NCBI RefSeq assembly: GCF_030684315.1
Contig: NC_081382.1
Coordinates: 19,512,592 to 19,576,591, forward strand
DNA: 64,000 nucleotides
From: Stegostoma tigrinum
Lineage: Eukaryota
Direction: 5' to 3'
The notes below the pieces were generated by a model. That model was given only the letters and a program-made list of their open reading frames with translations. It had not been told where the DNA came from and did not search any database. The translations under genes and the position numbers were made by a program. Positions 1 through 13,661 of this stretch are shown here, piece by piece. The stretch's first letter is position 1; the number at the start of each line of letters is the position of its first letter.

Positions 1-580
1 TTCCTATCTCTGTGGCTCCCCTTGCTGTCTAAGATTCACCAAATTCAGCACAAGGTTATCATTTTATCAGACATCTGTCTAATGTCAGCACCTGGGAACT
101 TCATGGCTGGAATGTGATACTCCCCGTCCCACCGGCGAACAGTGCGAGTGAGAAGCATGAACATTAAAACAATAACTGAGGGTGAGGGGCGACTGTGAAG
201 TCAGGTTGGATGAGAGCCCTGGACAACAAGGTGAATTTAAGGCGTGCAGTAAAAAGTGTTTGTAGCGCCACAGAGCTCTGCACCCTACTCGGGGAAACAG
301 AATTGGAGATAGCAACGTTAATACCTAAACAAAAAAAAACAGCCCAGATGCACCCTTCTGTTTTACTCTAAAATATTCAACACGTATTTAATTCCATTCA
401 CTTACTTATTAATTAGTGCACTCGAAGAATAAATATTGGTCGGTTACAGCAGTGCAGGAGGCTGCTGGTATTTGCAATGAGCTGAACGTGTGGAGAGGGA
501 AAAGGGGCAATTTAATCCCTTTCTGGGGTTGGGGCATGGTTATCTAGCCCGGATTCACGTTGAGCCAGTGAAACACTTAC

Positions 581-982
581 ATGGACGTGGCTGGCAGCAG
601 CGGCGGCGGAGCGGGCTTGGCTGCTGTCAGAGCCCGGGTTCAGCAGTTCGGTTTTCAGGTACAGTCCCTCCGAGGTGTACTGGTCAAACAGCAGCTGGTC
701 CGACCTGGGGATGACCAGCCGCAGCATAGGCAGCAGCTGCCGCTTCTCCTGGCTGTTCAGGATCACTTTCAGAGTCTGCACCAAGTCGAAGACGTTCCGC
801 TTGGAGTGGTAGGCGTTCAGGCAGTGGATGAACTGCTCCCGCTCGTAGTCGCTGAGTAAAACATTCAGAGCGTTGTGCAGCTTCCTCACGTTGGACGAGA
901 GCGAGCGCCCGCCCGGGCCGCTCGCCGACACCATGGAGTTAGCCGAGGAGTTCAGCGACAGCCGCTCGAAGTCGGTGGACAT
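581..982 (-). CDS. WHRN: Whirlin, first coding exon (N-terminal harmonin-homology domain HHD1); gene continues beyond the left edge of the window
   Basis: MSTDFERLSL...LSSNVRKLHNALNVLLSDYEREQFIHCLNAYHSKRNVFDLVQTLKVILNSQEKRQLLPMLRLVIPRSDQLLFDQYTSEGLYL closely matches the whirlin N-terminus. ATG at 982, consensus donor CAT|GTAAGT after 581 (402 nt, phase 0). Neighbours ATP6V1G1 as in human. Confidence 0.95.
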
Positions 983-1580
983 GGTGCAGAGGGACCGCAG
1001 CAGGAGCGACGGGCCGAATGCCCTCCCTCCGTCCGTCCGATGCCAGCAGAGAGGTGGTGAGCCGGCTCAGGGAGAGCGACACAGGGCGGGCAGCACCGGG
1101 GGATGGAAGTGCGGGGAGGGGGGTGGTGCGGGTGGGATATGCCACTCAGCACCGCCGCTTGAGCCCCGGCTCTGGCCGCCTCGCCATGCCGCTGAAGGGA
1201 AGCTGCGCCGGCAGTTTCATTGCCGAGCCCCCGCGGCCAAGCTCCGGGGGCTGCCCGAATGCGGCATCGATCGGGGGGAGTCGCTCTCTCGATGCCCCCG
1301 GGGTGACTGGTCCGTGTGTCCTGGCGTCGCTCTGCCCCTGGGTTGGGGGGAGGGTGACCTCTCCCTCTCAGTCCTGGCTCATCTCTGTCTCGCTGTCCCG
1401 GAGTATCTATCTCACTCCTTGCCTTGCTGTACCTATCTATTCTGTGTGCGCGCGTGTGTATCTCTCTGTGTATCTCTTTCTCGCACCCGTCAATTTCATT
1501 CGCGGTCATTCCGCGCGGAAATGACGTCGCCGAGGCCGTTGCTAGGAGACCGCTGCTTCTCAGGACGCGCAGGCCAGACA
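590..1580. promoter_or_regulatory. CpG island over the WHRN first exon, 5' UTR and promoter
   Basis: GC-rich and CpG-dense, against CpG-depleted AT-rich flanks. Confidence 0.85.
1509..1550. promoter_or_regulatory. WHRN promoter motif cluster: palindrome TTCCGCGCGGAA, ETS-CRE-like CGGAAATGACGTC, RFX X-box GTTGCTAGGAGAC
   Basis: Motifs read at 1509-1520, 1516-1528 and 1538-1550, at the upstream edge of the CpG island. Confidence 0.55.
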
Positions 1581-1604
1581 TGTGCTGGAGGGAAAGAGGA
1601 TAGG

Positions 1605-1930
1605 ATCTGAACCTGGGACAGAGAGAGAAAGGGTCAGAACCTGGAAGAGAGAGAGAGAGAGAGAGAGACGGGGACAAAGAGAAGTTTAGAGCCAGGGACA
1701 GAGAGAGGGTCAGAGCCTGAGACAGAGATGGGGCCAGAGCCTGAGAGAGAGAGAAAAAGAGAGAGTCAGAGACTGAGAGAGAGAGAGAAAAGATCAGAGC
1801 CTGGGGCAGAGCGAAGTTCAGCCCCAGGGATAGAGAGAGGGTCAGAGCCTGGGACAGAGAGGGGAGCCTGTTCACACTGTTAGAGAAAGATAGAGGGCCA
1901 GATGCTGAAAGAGGGGTCCAGACCCTAAGA
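1605..1930. repeat. Imperfect GA-rich tandem repeat (GGTCAGAGCCTGGGACAGAGAGAGA-like units)
   Basis: Repeated CAGAGCCTG(G/A)GACAGAGA units with (GA)n tracts. Confidence 0.8.
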
Positions 1931-1989
1931 GAGACCAAGATTCCTTTTGGTGAGTGAAGAACAACTTGGCACAACTTCCATCATTTATG

Positions 1990-2385
1990 GTTCTGTCATG
2001 GTACTCTTGCCTCTGAGGGGTAACATTCAAGCACAAACATCAAAGCTGATACTCCAGTGCAGTACTGAGTGAATACTGCTGTCTTTTGAATGAGACTTTT
2101 AAACTGTTGCCCCGTCTACCTGTTATGCAGGTGTAAGAAATTCCATAACGCTATTCTGCAGATCAACAAGGAAGGTTTAATTGTCCTGGAGAACATTTAC
2201 CACTCAAATGACATCATTACAAACAATTATCTGATTGTAATCCTGTTGTTTTATTTAAGTGAATTCTTACTGTGCAAATTAACAGTTATGCTTCCTACAT
2301 TATAACAAGGATCACTCTTCAAAAATACTTCAATGGTTGGAAAAATTTGAGACTTCCCATGATCATGAAAAGCATTGTATAAATG
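1990..2385 (+). mobile_element. Old Deu-domain SINE (SacSINE1/AmnSINE1-like)
   Basis: GCTGTCTTTTGAATGAGACTTTTAAAC...TTCCATAACGCTATT...GTCCTGG core and tail CTTCCTACATTATAACA...CTTCAAAAATACTTCAATGG. Confidence 0.65.
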
Positions 2386-2649
2386 GCCTTTTCTTTCTCT
2401 TGTCAAGCGTCTACAGCACCATCAAAACTGCATGGGGTCAGGGCTGTTTACCATTTGAATGACAGGATACTCATTGAAGAACTAAGTGTCGCCATGGTTG
2501 AACAGCCGTGGGACACTTTGTAACGGTGAAATTTAGATTAGAACCCTTCAGCTGAAATTGGAAATTGATATTTGGACATAGTTTGCCAAGGTCAGGTATT
2601 TGACTTGTAATGCAGAGTTAAGGAGTGGGTGCACAAAATCACAGGTAAA

Positions 2650-3450
2650 TTAAAATTTAAAGAACAAAGCACACAAAACTGAGACTATAGGGTTTGAGCA
2701 GGACTCTGTACAGCCAATCTGGAGTATGGCACTTAGCATTGAGGAAGAGTGGAGGATAAATTGCTTCTGTAAGAGGCACAACACAAATTTACCAGCGTCT
2801 TGACTAAATTAAAAGGACTGGTTGCATAGATTTGGTTTATACTTCCTTCAGATTAAATTTAATGGGTGAATGGAACGGTTGTAGCATTTAATATGCTAGA
2901 TAAAGGGAAACTTTCTGTTAGCGAGGGGATCCAGAAGAAATGGAAATAATCTTAAAATTAGATACAAGTCAGTTATGAATAGAAAAGAACTCTTCCAAGA
3001 TCCATTTGCAACCATCTGACTTTTTTTGCAATAGAATAGAAGGCTGGAACAGAAGATCCAAGGTGTATTTACAGAATTTGACAATCCTCCATATTAGAGA
3101 ATCCCCCCCTTCTCATGGAGTCCAATGTACTATCAAAGCTGGAGTGATACATTGCAAACTGCAAACACATACTGAACTCTAATGCTAGGTGAGTCACTGC
3201 AAGAAAGAAGAAAAATTTATGGCTAGTTACATTGCCGAAGCTTCGGCATCTCTTGAAATCACCAATTATAAGTCAATAATAAGGAACAATTGGAAGAGGA
3301 TGTCTGCACAATATGTCAATGAAAATTATACCTTGACCAAGCATTTGTTTTGGATGGAGTTTGAATAAGGTAACCTTTATGGACCCTTCAATCTAGGGGT
3401 AGAGACTCAGTGGATTGAAGGGTCTCCTCCATACTGTATGTTTCTATAAT
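2650..3450 (+). mobile_element. Degraded CR1 LINE 3' fragments
   Basis: Remnants of the CR1 RT C-terminus and tail (TGGATTGAAGGGTCTCCTCCATACTGTATGTTTCTAT). Confidence 0.5.
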
Positions 3451-3711
3451 TTTGTAATTTGAGCAGTTTGAGGGAGTCCTAATTGTTAATACAATCTTGC
3501 TCCAATCGGATTCATTAAAGCAGAACAGTCTCAGCATTGTATGTTGAAATTGTCTTTGTAAATTTTTCCCTCAAAACCTCTGAGTTCTCCAGTGTCGGTC
3601 AGTCTGGCTGGGGTACAATGATGAGAAAAAGCAAAATAAAAATTAAGACTAAAATTTTGCCTGGAAAACAACCTTACTTCCCAAAGCGTTAATCATATCT
3701 TATCGGACAGA

Positions 3712-4060
3712 TGATGGTTGAGTCGTATTATTGCTGGATTGTTAATCTAGAGACCCAAATAATGTTCTGGGGAACCAGGTTTGAATCCTACCATGGCAGA
3801 TGGTGAGATTTGAATTTAATTAAAAAATAATCTGTAATTAAGAGTTTAATGATGATCATGAATCCACTGTTGATTGTTGTAAAAACCCATCTGGTTCACT
3901 AATGCCGTTGAGAAAAGGAAACTGCCATCCTTACCTGGTTTGGCCAACATGTGATTCCAGACCCAAAGCAATGTGGGTGACTCTTAACTGCCCCCTGGGC
4001 AACTGGGGATGGCCAATAAGTGCTGATCCAGCCAGTGATGCCCTCATCCTGTAAATGAAC
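3712..4060 (+). mobile_element. tRNA-derived SINE, 'family B' in this report
   Basis: B-box-like GGTTTGAATCC and core GGAAACTGCCATCCTTACCTGG...ACTCTTAACTGCC; related copies at 15545, 38417 and 41455. Confidence 0.75.
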
Positions 4061-7000
4061 TTCTAAAAAAGTCATGAAATAGCCAATTTGCCATTTGAAA
4101 GGTGTGCAGTATTCAGTCATATGTGCTCTGGCCAAAAGCAAGTTTTTGTCTCATTATCTATGCTTCCACCTGACAGCTTCACCTTGGTTGTTTGCCATCG
4201 CCTTCCGCTCACAGACATAAGTCCCAAAATCTATTCCATCTAGAAGAAGAATTAAAAGCACTCTGTTGGTTTTATTCTGAACTACACACCAGCCAACTGA
4301 GCTAACCCAGCCACTTCTGTGCAATATATAGGTCGGATAATTGGATGTTCGTACAGGGAATATGCAGCAAGACATCCCTTGATTTTGTAAAGCATGTTAT
4401 TACTGTAATGATGTTTAACTTTCATTTCATGCATTTATTCAAAGTTGGCAAAATTATGCCCGGGTACCAGTGTAGTATGTATTATAATAGTGTTACAGCA
4501 CTAACACAGAAAGGTGTGAGGAACCACAAACAGAGACTCAGTATCAAATCATTCCAGCCCCCAGAGACACTATTACTCATGAGTTGTAGATATTTTTAAT
4601 CAACTTGTCAATGGCCTCTGGAGTACATGGGAATTGGACCCAAGCTTTCTGACCCAGAGGTGTCATTGGAAATCTTCAAGTTTGCGTGCATTCCTATGTT
4701 AACCATGCCTTTATGTGGGGGAGGCCATTTTTAAAAATACATTTGATCCAGTAGGTTTTACAACAAACATTTCCTGTTCAATGCCACTGACCAATGTTGG
4801 ATGGAGCAATTATTGAACACCAGAAAGAAAGTGCAAATATTGTGAAAGCTTCACCTTCATCTTGCAGGTGACTGGAGGGCTTCAAGTCAAATGGGTATAA
4901 TGCAAATGCTCTGAATAAATGCCAGTGTTAAAGTTACATCAAGTTCCACATAATCTGATGTCGCAAAGTCTTATACGTGGAGAAAGAAGACTCGCGACAA
5001 GTCCTGATGGATACAGATGCATCAGTTCTGGCTCCTAATAGCCTCACAATTCCTTGAAATTATATGTAACGAGCCAATGCAACTGGAAACTAACATGCAC
5101 TAAAACACATTTTGTTGTAAAGATAAGTTGTTCTTAGAGATTTCCCTCGATTCAGAATAGAAAGGAGAATTGCTATTGTAAGTTTACGTCAGCCTCTTAA
5201 TCTTTTTGTTGCAGTGTTCCACAAAGGTCTACTTAACCATTTTTTTTAAATGTTGAAAGAGTAGAAAGGAAGATTTCTGGTGTGGAGAGTGTTACAGTAG
5301 GCAGCCTATACAGCAGACGTTTAAGTAGTTCACCAGGATCAGGCTACTTATCGTATCTCTGGTCTGCAGCAGATTGGTTTTCAGGTTTACTTTGAACATT
5401 TTCACTCGCAACCTCCATATAGTTTTTAATTTTCTGAATTGCCCACCCACCCTTTGCTGATTTATTGGCTCACTGTGCAATGGGAATTGGCAGATCAGAG
5501 AACCTTCTTGTGGGCCTGATCCTGAGCTTGACGAAAGACACCATCAACAGGCCCAGGCAGTGGGTCAGGGAAGGGGTAATAACACTCGACTGCCTTCCAT
5601 TGTTTGCTTCACTCCTGGGTGTTCACAGAGAGTTAGCACGTAGAACCTACTGACGCTGTACAGACCTTTTGTGATTGGTGAGCGCTGCTGGGCCTGTCGT
5701 GCATCATCACCCCGGAAGTGACATTTTATTTTAATCTTAAACATGCTCCATTGTTGTAAGGAAGTTTCCATCGATGTTCTAATAGTGTCACATGCTCCAC
5801 TGGGTGCTGGTGAAACTATTCAATGTTTATTTTCAAAGAGTAGAAAGGAGGTTTAGCAACAGCACAACATGAGCCAAAAGCCACTAGTGGTTAGTTAGTT
5901 GGAAGTAGGGTTTCTGGTAAAAATGAGCCCACAAACAAATACAGTCTGTGACAAGAAAAAATGGAGCGTGAAGAAACAAGAAAACAATTTGCAAGGTGTC
6001 TTTTGGCCGGTAAGATTTTTGACCTTGGTAGAAACAAGAGCATGCAAATGTGACAAAAGCCCAGCGATTAAAACGTTTCACATTGTGTATGTAGTCCTGT
6101 GGAACATCTTGTCGTCCTGATTTTCAGTAGCAAGTAAAATTAAAAATCTCATAAACCCACCATTTCATATTAGAGGTGGACTGATCAATGGCTTATTTAA
6201 CAATTTAATGAAAGTTGCTATATAGAGCCTGAATGGCCAGAATGCATTTGGCAAAAAGCGCAAATAAGCTCATGAAAAGTTGAAGCATAATCACTTCACA
6301 ATTACCAACGAAACAGTATTAAAATTTTGAGATACATCACTCTCATTTATATTGCTAACATTCCAAATAGATGGAACAATAATATTAGAAGCCTCAATTT
6401 GCTTAATCACTGCAGAAAAGTGATAAGACATCTGTAATGAAATCAGGTTTCGTATTCTGCACTGAGTGATCAATATAATAATATGTCATCAGCAGCAGTA
6501 AGTGTGTCTGTGATCTGTCCTTAGTTCTCCTACCCTCCCAACTAGATCTGTGAAAATTGGCAACTGTGTAGACTTGTTCTTAAAAGTAATGAAATTCTTA
6601 CTATTCTTTACTGATTGAAATCATATAAAAAGAGGATCCATGAATAAAAAAATGAACTGTTCTGATTCACAATAATGTCCTTTCTATCCTGTTTAATGCA
6701 CAATACATATTAAAAGCGTAAGTTTCTATCTAGACAATTACAGTGATCACATCATAATGGTGACTGAAGTCCAAAATCATGAGCCGATAAATTAAAATCC
6801 TTGAGCCATTTACATCAGTACATCTTCAGTTTGGATTGTAAGAGGCATCTTTTCTCTTTTTGATGCTGGAATAAGAGCATTGGATTAATGTAAATACCAA
6901 AGAGAAGATTATCCACTTCACCATTGTTGGTGGATGCTATGAATGTGCCTTGGGAAATTGCACACCAACAGTTACTGATGTACCATGCAAAAAAACACAG

Positions 7001-8679
7001 GAGAGGGGTACACTTGAAATTTCTCAAAATTGAGGAATCAGCTCATATCCTGAAACAGAAAATCTCCATTTAGGGGTTGACTCATGGGCTGTACCTGAGA
7101 ATTTAACTTGAAACAGGCGGTATGCAAGAGCAGTTGTGGTGATGCTGACTCATTCCTGCACTTACAATTACACGTTCACTCGTAATAAAACTGTCAGCTT
7201 GAGTGATCCCTTCAGGGCAGAGGTCTTGTTTAAAATAAGACAATTCCAAGTGTCAGAGCAAAATGACTAAATGAATCACTCAACATTCAGAGTCCACTTC
7301 AAGTATCAAAGAGTTCATTGATTTTACACTGGTCGGAAGAAAACCTCTGAGCTTGTGGCTTCTTCACCGAACAGAGGAAAGAGAAACTTGTATACATCTG
7401 TTTTCAGCCTGCCTTTGACTATTGCAAACCAATCGTATTGATTGAGCGCATGTACATTTAATCAGGGTAATCATACGACTGCATGATCAATGACGAACAA
7501 CTCAGGTCTTACAATGATCTCACGATGTTTACCAGACATCCTTATCACCTATCCGTGGGCTTTCAAAATATAACATATTCAACCACATTCTGACTTCTGC
7601 ATCTGTTACTCAAGCCTCCCACCTAGCAGGATGGGGGCTTCTCCCCCCTCTCTAAGGCTGTCTGTCCATTGAAATTCAGTTACATCCCTTAACTGAATTT
7701 GTTGGTTGCACTTGGCAATTCAGTACACTTATATAGGTGTATTTAATATGTAGTGACAGTTATCTGAAGAGTCTTAATTATTGTGGAACCTGGCCTTTTC
7801 TTCTAATTTTTATTAAATAACAAAGCGTGGACTCAGACATAAAAGGGGCCTCTATCAAGGTTTCTCAAGGGTGTTTGTTATCAAGACCGTCTGTGTCTAA
7901 AGCTGGCTCTATAGAAATCCAATTAAACCCCACAACGTCTAATACATTAAAACCTCTATTTTATATATATAAATAAAATATATATGTGTATACAAATAAG
8001 TGACTACAATCATCTATGGTGTCTTAACTATTATGAGTCAAGCTTTTCTCCTTTGTTCCATACTAAGTAGCAAATATTAAATTAGCTTGTAATTAGGCTT
8101 CTATCACTCGTTCCATTATCAAAACTGTCTGGGTTGCTACATTTTTGCTTCTTCTTAATAAGACCCTATTATGTGATTTCAATGTGATACTTTATTATCT
8201 TATCTGGTTGCTGTGGGTATGAAGGTGACAATTCTGACCGAGTAAATTACTACTTCAGCTGACAATCTTCTTTGGCTATTTTCATGTCAACTAAAAACCA
8301 CAGGCAGCCATGCTTTGTTGACAAGGAACCATGGATTGCCCTAATACATATAAAGGAAAGGGAAGAATAAGAGTATCAGTAATAAGGTAAATGTCTCAGC
8401 CTGGGGAGGAATGTAAAATGTCGGTTATAAATTTTAAGGATGACAGTAGTCTCCTAATTTAAATTTATCACTCACTTTTGTTTTTGCCCCAACACAAGTA
8501 ACAAACAGTTGCACATTATTTCGATGACAATGAGATCACAGCCAACTGATTCACTGGTGTTATGTGACTCACAACACTGATGGAATTCAAGTCATCGTGC
8601 TGTATAAATCCAAAACAATGAGACAAGGTTTTGGAAAAATGTTCTGATATTTGAAAACTGATTTACATGATGGAATTTA

Positions 8680-8960
8680 GCTGAGGCTCAGCAGTAGCAC
8701 GTTCCCTGTTTGAAATATGCGTATGCAGATATATACGATAATCAAAGTTGTAAGTCTCTCTCAGTGCAGACTTCTGCAAAGTCTGAAGCATCATCTTTCT
8801 GAGAGAGATGAAGTCAAGCCCTTGTCTGCCCTCTTGTGGACATAAAGAATACCATGGCACTGTTCAACAAAAGAGCCCTCCCTGGCACTAACAATTTCAG
8901 TCAGTTATTTTTTTACAAGGTCTGATCATTATCACCATTATTTGTGGAAGATTTTCTTTG
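8680..8960 (+). mobile_element. Old Deu-domain SINE
   Basis: Similar to 1990-2385 (TCTTTCTGAGAGAGATGAAG...ATACCATGGCACTGTTC...CCCTGGC). Confidence 0.5.
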
Positions 8961-9058
8961 TGTTCACTCCTAGGATTTTGGTATTGCTTGCTGGAACAGC
9001 AGTTATTCTTATTCCTCTAGTTACCCTTGAGAAAGGTATGGCAACCTCCCTTCTTCAT

Positions 9059-9390
9059 AGATAAGTGTGGAGCTGGAGAAACACAGCAGGACAGGCAGCA
9101 TCAGAGAAGCAGGAAAATTGATGGTTCAGGTTGGGACGCTTCTTCAGAAATGGGAGAAGGGGAAGGGAGCTGGGAAATAAATAGAGAGAAGAGGGATGAG
9201 GCTGGGAAAGGTAGGTGGGATGGTGAAGGGTGAGTGCAGGCCACATCTGGGCCTGGCAGTGGTGGGGATTGTTCAGTGAGGTGGGCAGGGTGGATAGGTG
9301 GGAGAGAAGATGGGCAGGTTGTATCAGGTTGTGTCACCCCTGACCACATCCCATGACCAACGCACCCTCTCATCCCTGCCTCCTTGACCT
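9059..9390 (-). mobile_element. Penelope-like element terminal fragment, diverged
   Basis: Reverse complement of the PLE 3' region seen at 14200-14430, with a degenerate hammerhead motif at about 9120-9148. Confidence 0.7.
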
Positions 9391-11239
9391 AGGTTACAGT
9401 GAGTTTCAGTAATCCATATTAGCTGTTTAACAATTGCATATGAGATGGAACCAAAACAATAATTATTTTCTTCAAGCAACTCCAAATTTCATCTGAAAAT
9501 ATCTGTGATGGATTCAACAGATATCTCTGATGGGCTCTGCTAAGTCATTGTATGGTTCCAACTCCATGGACCCAATGGAGTAGAACACATTCAACAGACA
9601 TGTAGGACCATCACTTCTGCCTGCGAGTTTCCCTCCAAGCCTCAACACCCTGAAAATGGAAATTAATCAATCACTGTTCCTTCAGCGACACTGATTCAAA
9701 ATCCTGAAATTCCCAACTGAGCTGCACCATGGGCATACCTACAGTTTTACCTGTCCTCAGATGTATCATGTGTGGAGACCTTCTCTGATATGCCAATGCT
9801 AAGTGGTCACCTGCATCTTGTCATTAACTAGTAGGAAAACATCCTATGCAGGCAAGATTTTGGACGAGTCAGGCATGAGTTTTTAATGAAAGCCAGTGAA
9901 AACAGACCAGTAAGGAATGAATGCAGGCTGCAGTTTGTACCCAGCCAGCATCTACTGGAATTGGGTGTCAGCCAGGTCCTCTTTGACTTTAGGACTGAAT
10001 GCAGCTGCACTGTGTCATCAATATGGACAGCTCCACCATCTCAATGTCCTCACCATTCTCCTTGGATAACTGCTCCTGTTACCATGGTTTCTCAGCATCT
10101 ATCACATCACTTGTTGCCTGCTCCAACTGTGCAGAACACAGCACATCTGAATGGTGTGGCACACGGTGTCTGGATTATATTAATGAGGTCCCCCAGATCC
10201 TCCAGACTTCCCCACAACGTGACACCACACCCCCGCCCCCCCCCCAAACTTTCATATTCTCCTTTAACCTAGTGTGGAGACCCAACACAATGAACTTCGC
10301 CTCCAACTGTCCACCATGCCCTGAATCTTCATATTTTATGTTGATAATGTGTCTATTGTAATCTTTTAGTAGTTACTACCAATAATACCCTCATCTGTAA
10401 ACTACCATGCCCTGGGATGCTGTTTCACATACCTCACAAAAACCTTTTCCTACCATCACTGTCCTTGATTTCACTTCCAAAAATGCCTCTACTCCACTGC
10501 CACTCCACCCCAGTCCTTGATTCTCCCATCCATTTTTGATTGTGATCCCCAAGCTGTCCCTGCACCCTCCTCAGCCCCGTCTCCTGCACCCCCAACAATT
10601 AATGGACTACCACCCAGAACTGTTTTTGCCAAAGATTTTTGATGAGAAACCCCTGGATGTGACTGACCAGACCCTAACCATGATCATTGTGGCTTCCTGA
10701 TTGACATTGCACAATTGTCTTCACTCCTGCTGCTGAACCTACAAAAGGACAGATGATGATTTACCATGTCAAGTGTGGTGTGTGCTCATCACCACATTCT
10801 CAAGGGCAGTTAGGGATGGACAATAAATGTTGGCTATCACTGGCAATGGCCACATGTCCTGAATGAGTAAAATTTATTTTTATTTTTATTTTATTCACTC
10901 TTGGGACATGAACATCACTAGCTGGGATAGCATTATTGCCCATCCTAGTTGTCCTTGAGAAGGTGATGAGCTAATGGTATAGTTCTTTGCCTGAAGCAAT
11001 GCAACCTCATCTAGATAAAATGGGTATCACGATAATACTAGCTTCCCACACTGAGGAGATGGTCAGCTAGGACCTGACCTGCAGAGCAGTCTCGTTAGCC
11101 TAAATGGCCTACTTCTGTTCCTAATTGTAGCATTACTATAACCACTTGGGTCGTGTGCAACAAGAGTAAACAAGTACAATTCAGCACCACATAGAATTTC
11201 CCTACATTACAAAAGTGTGATCATTTCAAGAGTATTTCA

Positions 11240-11710
11240 ATAGACAATAGGTGCAGAGTTAGGCCATTCGAACCAGCACCACCATTCATTATGATCATGG
11301 CTGATCATCCACAATCAGTATCCTGTTCCTGCCTTATCCCCATAACCCTTGATTCCACTATCTTTAACAGCTACGTCCACCTCTTTCTTGAAACTATCCA
11401 GAGACTTGGCCTCCACTGCCTTCTGGGGCAGAGCATTCCATGTATCCAGCACTCTCTGGGTGAAGAGGTTTCTCCTCAACTCTGTTCTAAATGGCCTACC
11501 TCTTATTTTTAAACTGTGTCCTCTGGTTCTGGACTCACCCATCAACGGAAACATACTTCCTGCCTCCAGATTGCCCAATCCCTTAATAATCTTATGTCTC
11601 AATCAGATCCCTTCTCATCCTCCTAAACTCAAGTGTATACAAGCCCAGTCGCTCCAATCTTTCAACATATGATAGTCCCGCCATTCCGGGAATTGTCCTC
11701 GTGAACCTAG
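11240..11710 (-). mobile_element. CR1 LINE 3' fragment, relatively young, nested in a SINE tail
   Basis: ORF 11315-11602 KIIKGLGNLEAGSMFPLMGESRTRGHSLKIRGRPFRTELRRNLFTQRV is the CR1 ORF2 C-terminus; TATTTCA on both flanks. Confidence 0.9.
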
Positions 11711-13661
11711 ATATTTCATTGTCTGTTACACACCGTAGAACATACTAAGGTTGTGAAAAAGCAATTCTTTTTCCCTTTCTGTTTAATAATTTAATAGCAT
11801 TTACAGCCTACAAGAATATAAGAGCTAGAAGCGGGAATAGAAAATTTAGCCCCTCAAGCCTCCTTGCCATTTAGTAAGATCTCAACCTGAACCCCTATTT
11901 CCTGCCCACTCTCCATCATCCTTTGTCCCATGACTAATTAAATATTCATCTATCTCCTTGTTACATTAACTCAATACCCCAGCATAGATTTACAGCACTT
12001 TTTGAAAAGTGTTTCTCCTCATCTGTTTTAAATCTGCTACCCATTATCCCAAATCATATTCTAGATTACCCCACAATGAGGATATGTCGATTGTGTGGAC
12101 CCCTTTAGCATCTTCTATACTTTAGATCTCCTTTTTCTTTTAAACTTGACTTCCAATAGTGCAATGCATGCAGAAGCATGGGAGCAGACATATCCACAAG
12201 TTGACAAAATGCTCTTGTAGCCTCTCCTCAGATAGCGGAGGCACCTTAAAAGATCCTACAGCTGTAAGTTAAAATGGTTTCACTTGCCACTGATGTAAGA
12301 CTGAGTGAGATTCAACACTAGCTGAATTTGAAAGTAGACTTTGGGAACCTTCTATTCTTATTCCCTTGAGTTGAGCATTACTTAGAGCAAGAAAGAACAT
12401 GCTGTACTGGGTAAACAAGGAGGAAGGGACAGTACCGTAGCAATTCTCATCACGTATTCTGGAGGTAATTCCTCCTATATGATATAAAAGAAGAGCTGAA
12501 CACAATAAATACATGAACAACACTCTTTAAAGTAAAACAGTGCAAAAAGATAGTTACAAATATAACAGTTGTGCACCCAAATTCAAAGTTCTAGCATTTT
12601 ACATTTAAACAAGTGAAGTTCAACTACATCTTATGAACCTTTAGGGGAAGCCAATTTTGGGCAGAAATATCCAGGGACCTGAGCGATGCAGGCTGTGTAT
12701 AGGTTTGTGCAGAATCGGACAACAAGTCAGCTGTGGCCAATCTCAATGATGGGAACATCTCACTCCACCTTTCATGCTTTTGACAAATGGTGAGGTGAGT
12801 TCCTCACCAGGCAGTGGCAAGTTGCTAATGAAGAGGGATTATTGTTTCTTAATGGATCAACTTGGCCCATTAATATTCAGCATTCTATGTCACCAAACTA
12901 GTCAGACATTGAGAAAGTTTGACATGAAAGGCGAGCACATACCTGGTGGATTCAGATTGTTACTTGCTCTATATGACTGCAGCATTGGACACTGGCCAAC
13001 ATCATCTCAGGTCATGCTCTGACTCATACACCCCATGTTCACAAACATTGGCATCTTACATTGCCCAGCCTCTAAGAATCCTCAAGGCACATCTTCAATC
13101 TACTTGATTGCAGATTCTATACCTCAATCCTGCACGTCAGGCTGTACTGGCAATTCTCATTGTAATGTTGCTGTGAGGATACTTTGGACTTGGGAACAAG
13201 GCTGTATTTGAGGATTCTTTGCTACCTCTTGTGGCATTCACTCACTCCGGGCCTAGCCGGATGTTCAGCACATCCCTACCTTGCACCACCTTGCCTTTTT
13301 GCACTTTGCCCTCTCATGCAGATGTTGCCTAGTCTCAACTTAGGCAAGTTACACAACTCCAACCAGAACGTTATGAATGAATTTGGCCAGGTATCCCAAA
13401 GTGTTAATGCCAAAGTGATCAAACCAGTGTGAACGCAAATCGGTACCAATGCAGCGCAGTCCAAGCTTTATTAGGAACAAAGTTACAATTACCATAAATA
13501 TGAAACATACTATCTCTAATTCTATTTGGCATATTAAGGTTACAATAGTTCCTAAATCTCTTGTAGTTTTAGGCAGTTGCTCTCTCTGGTTCTGTCCCTG
13601 AATCTGTGAAACTGTCTTCTTACTATCTATCTCTGGGGATGATCATCTGGTCTCTGTTTCT

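Noticed and set aside
873-1974. Long ORFs of 245, 340 and 168 aa around the WHRN promoter
   Set aside because: Explained by the GC-rich CpG island and the GA repeat; no recognisable domain
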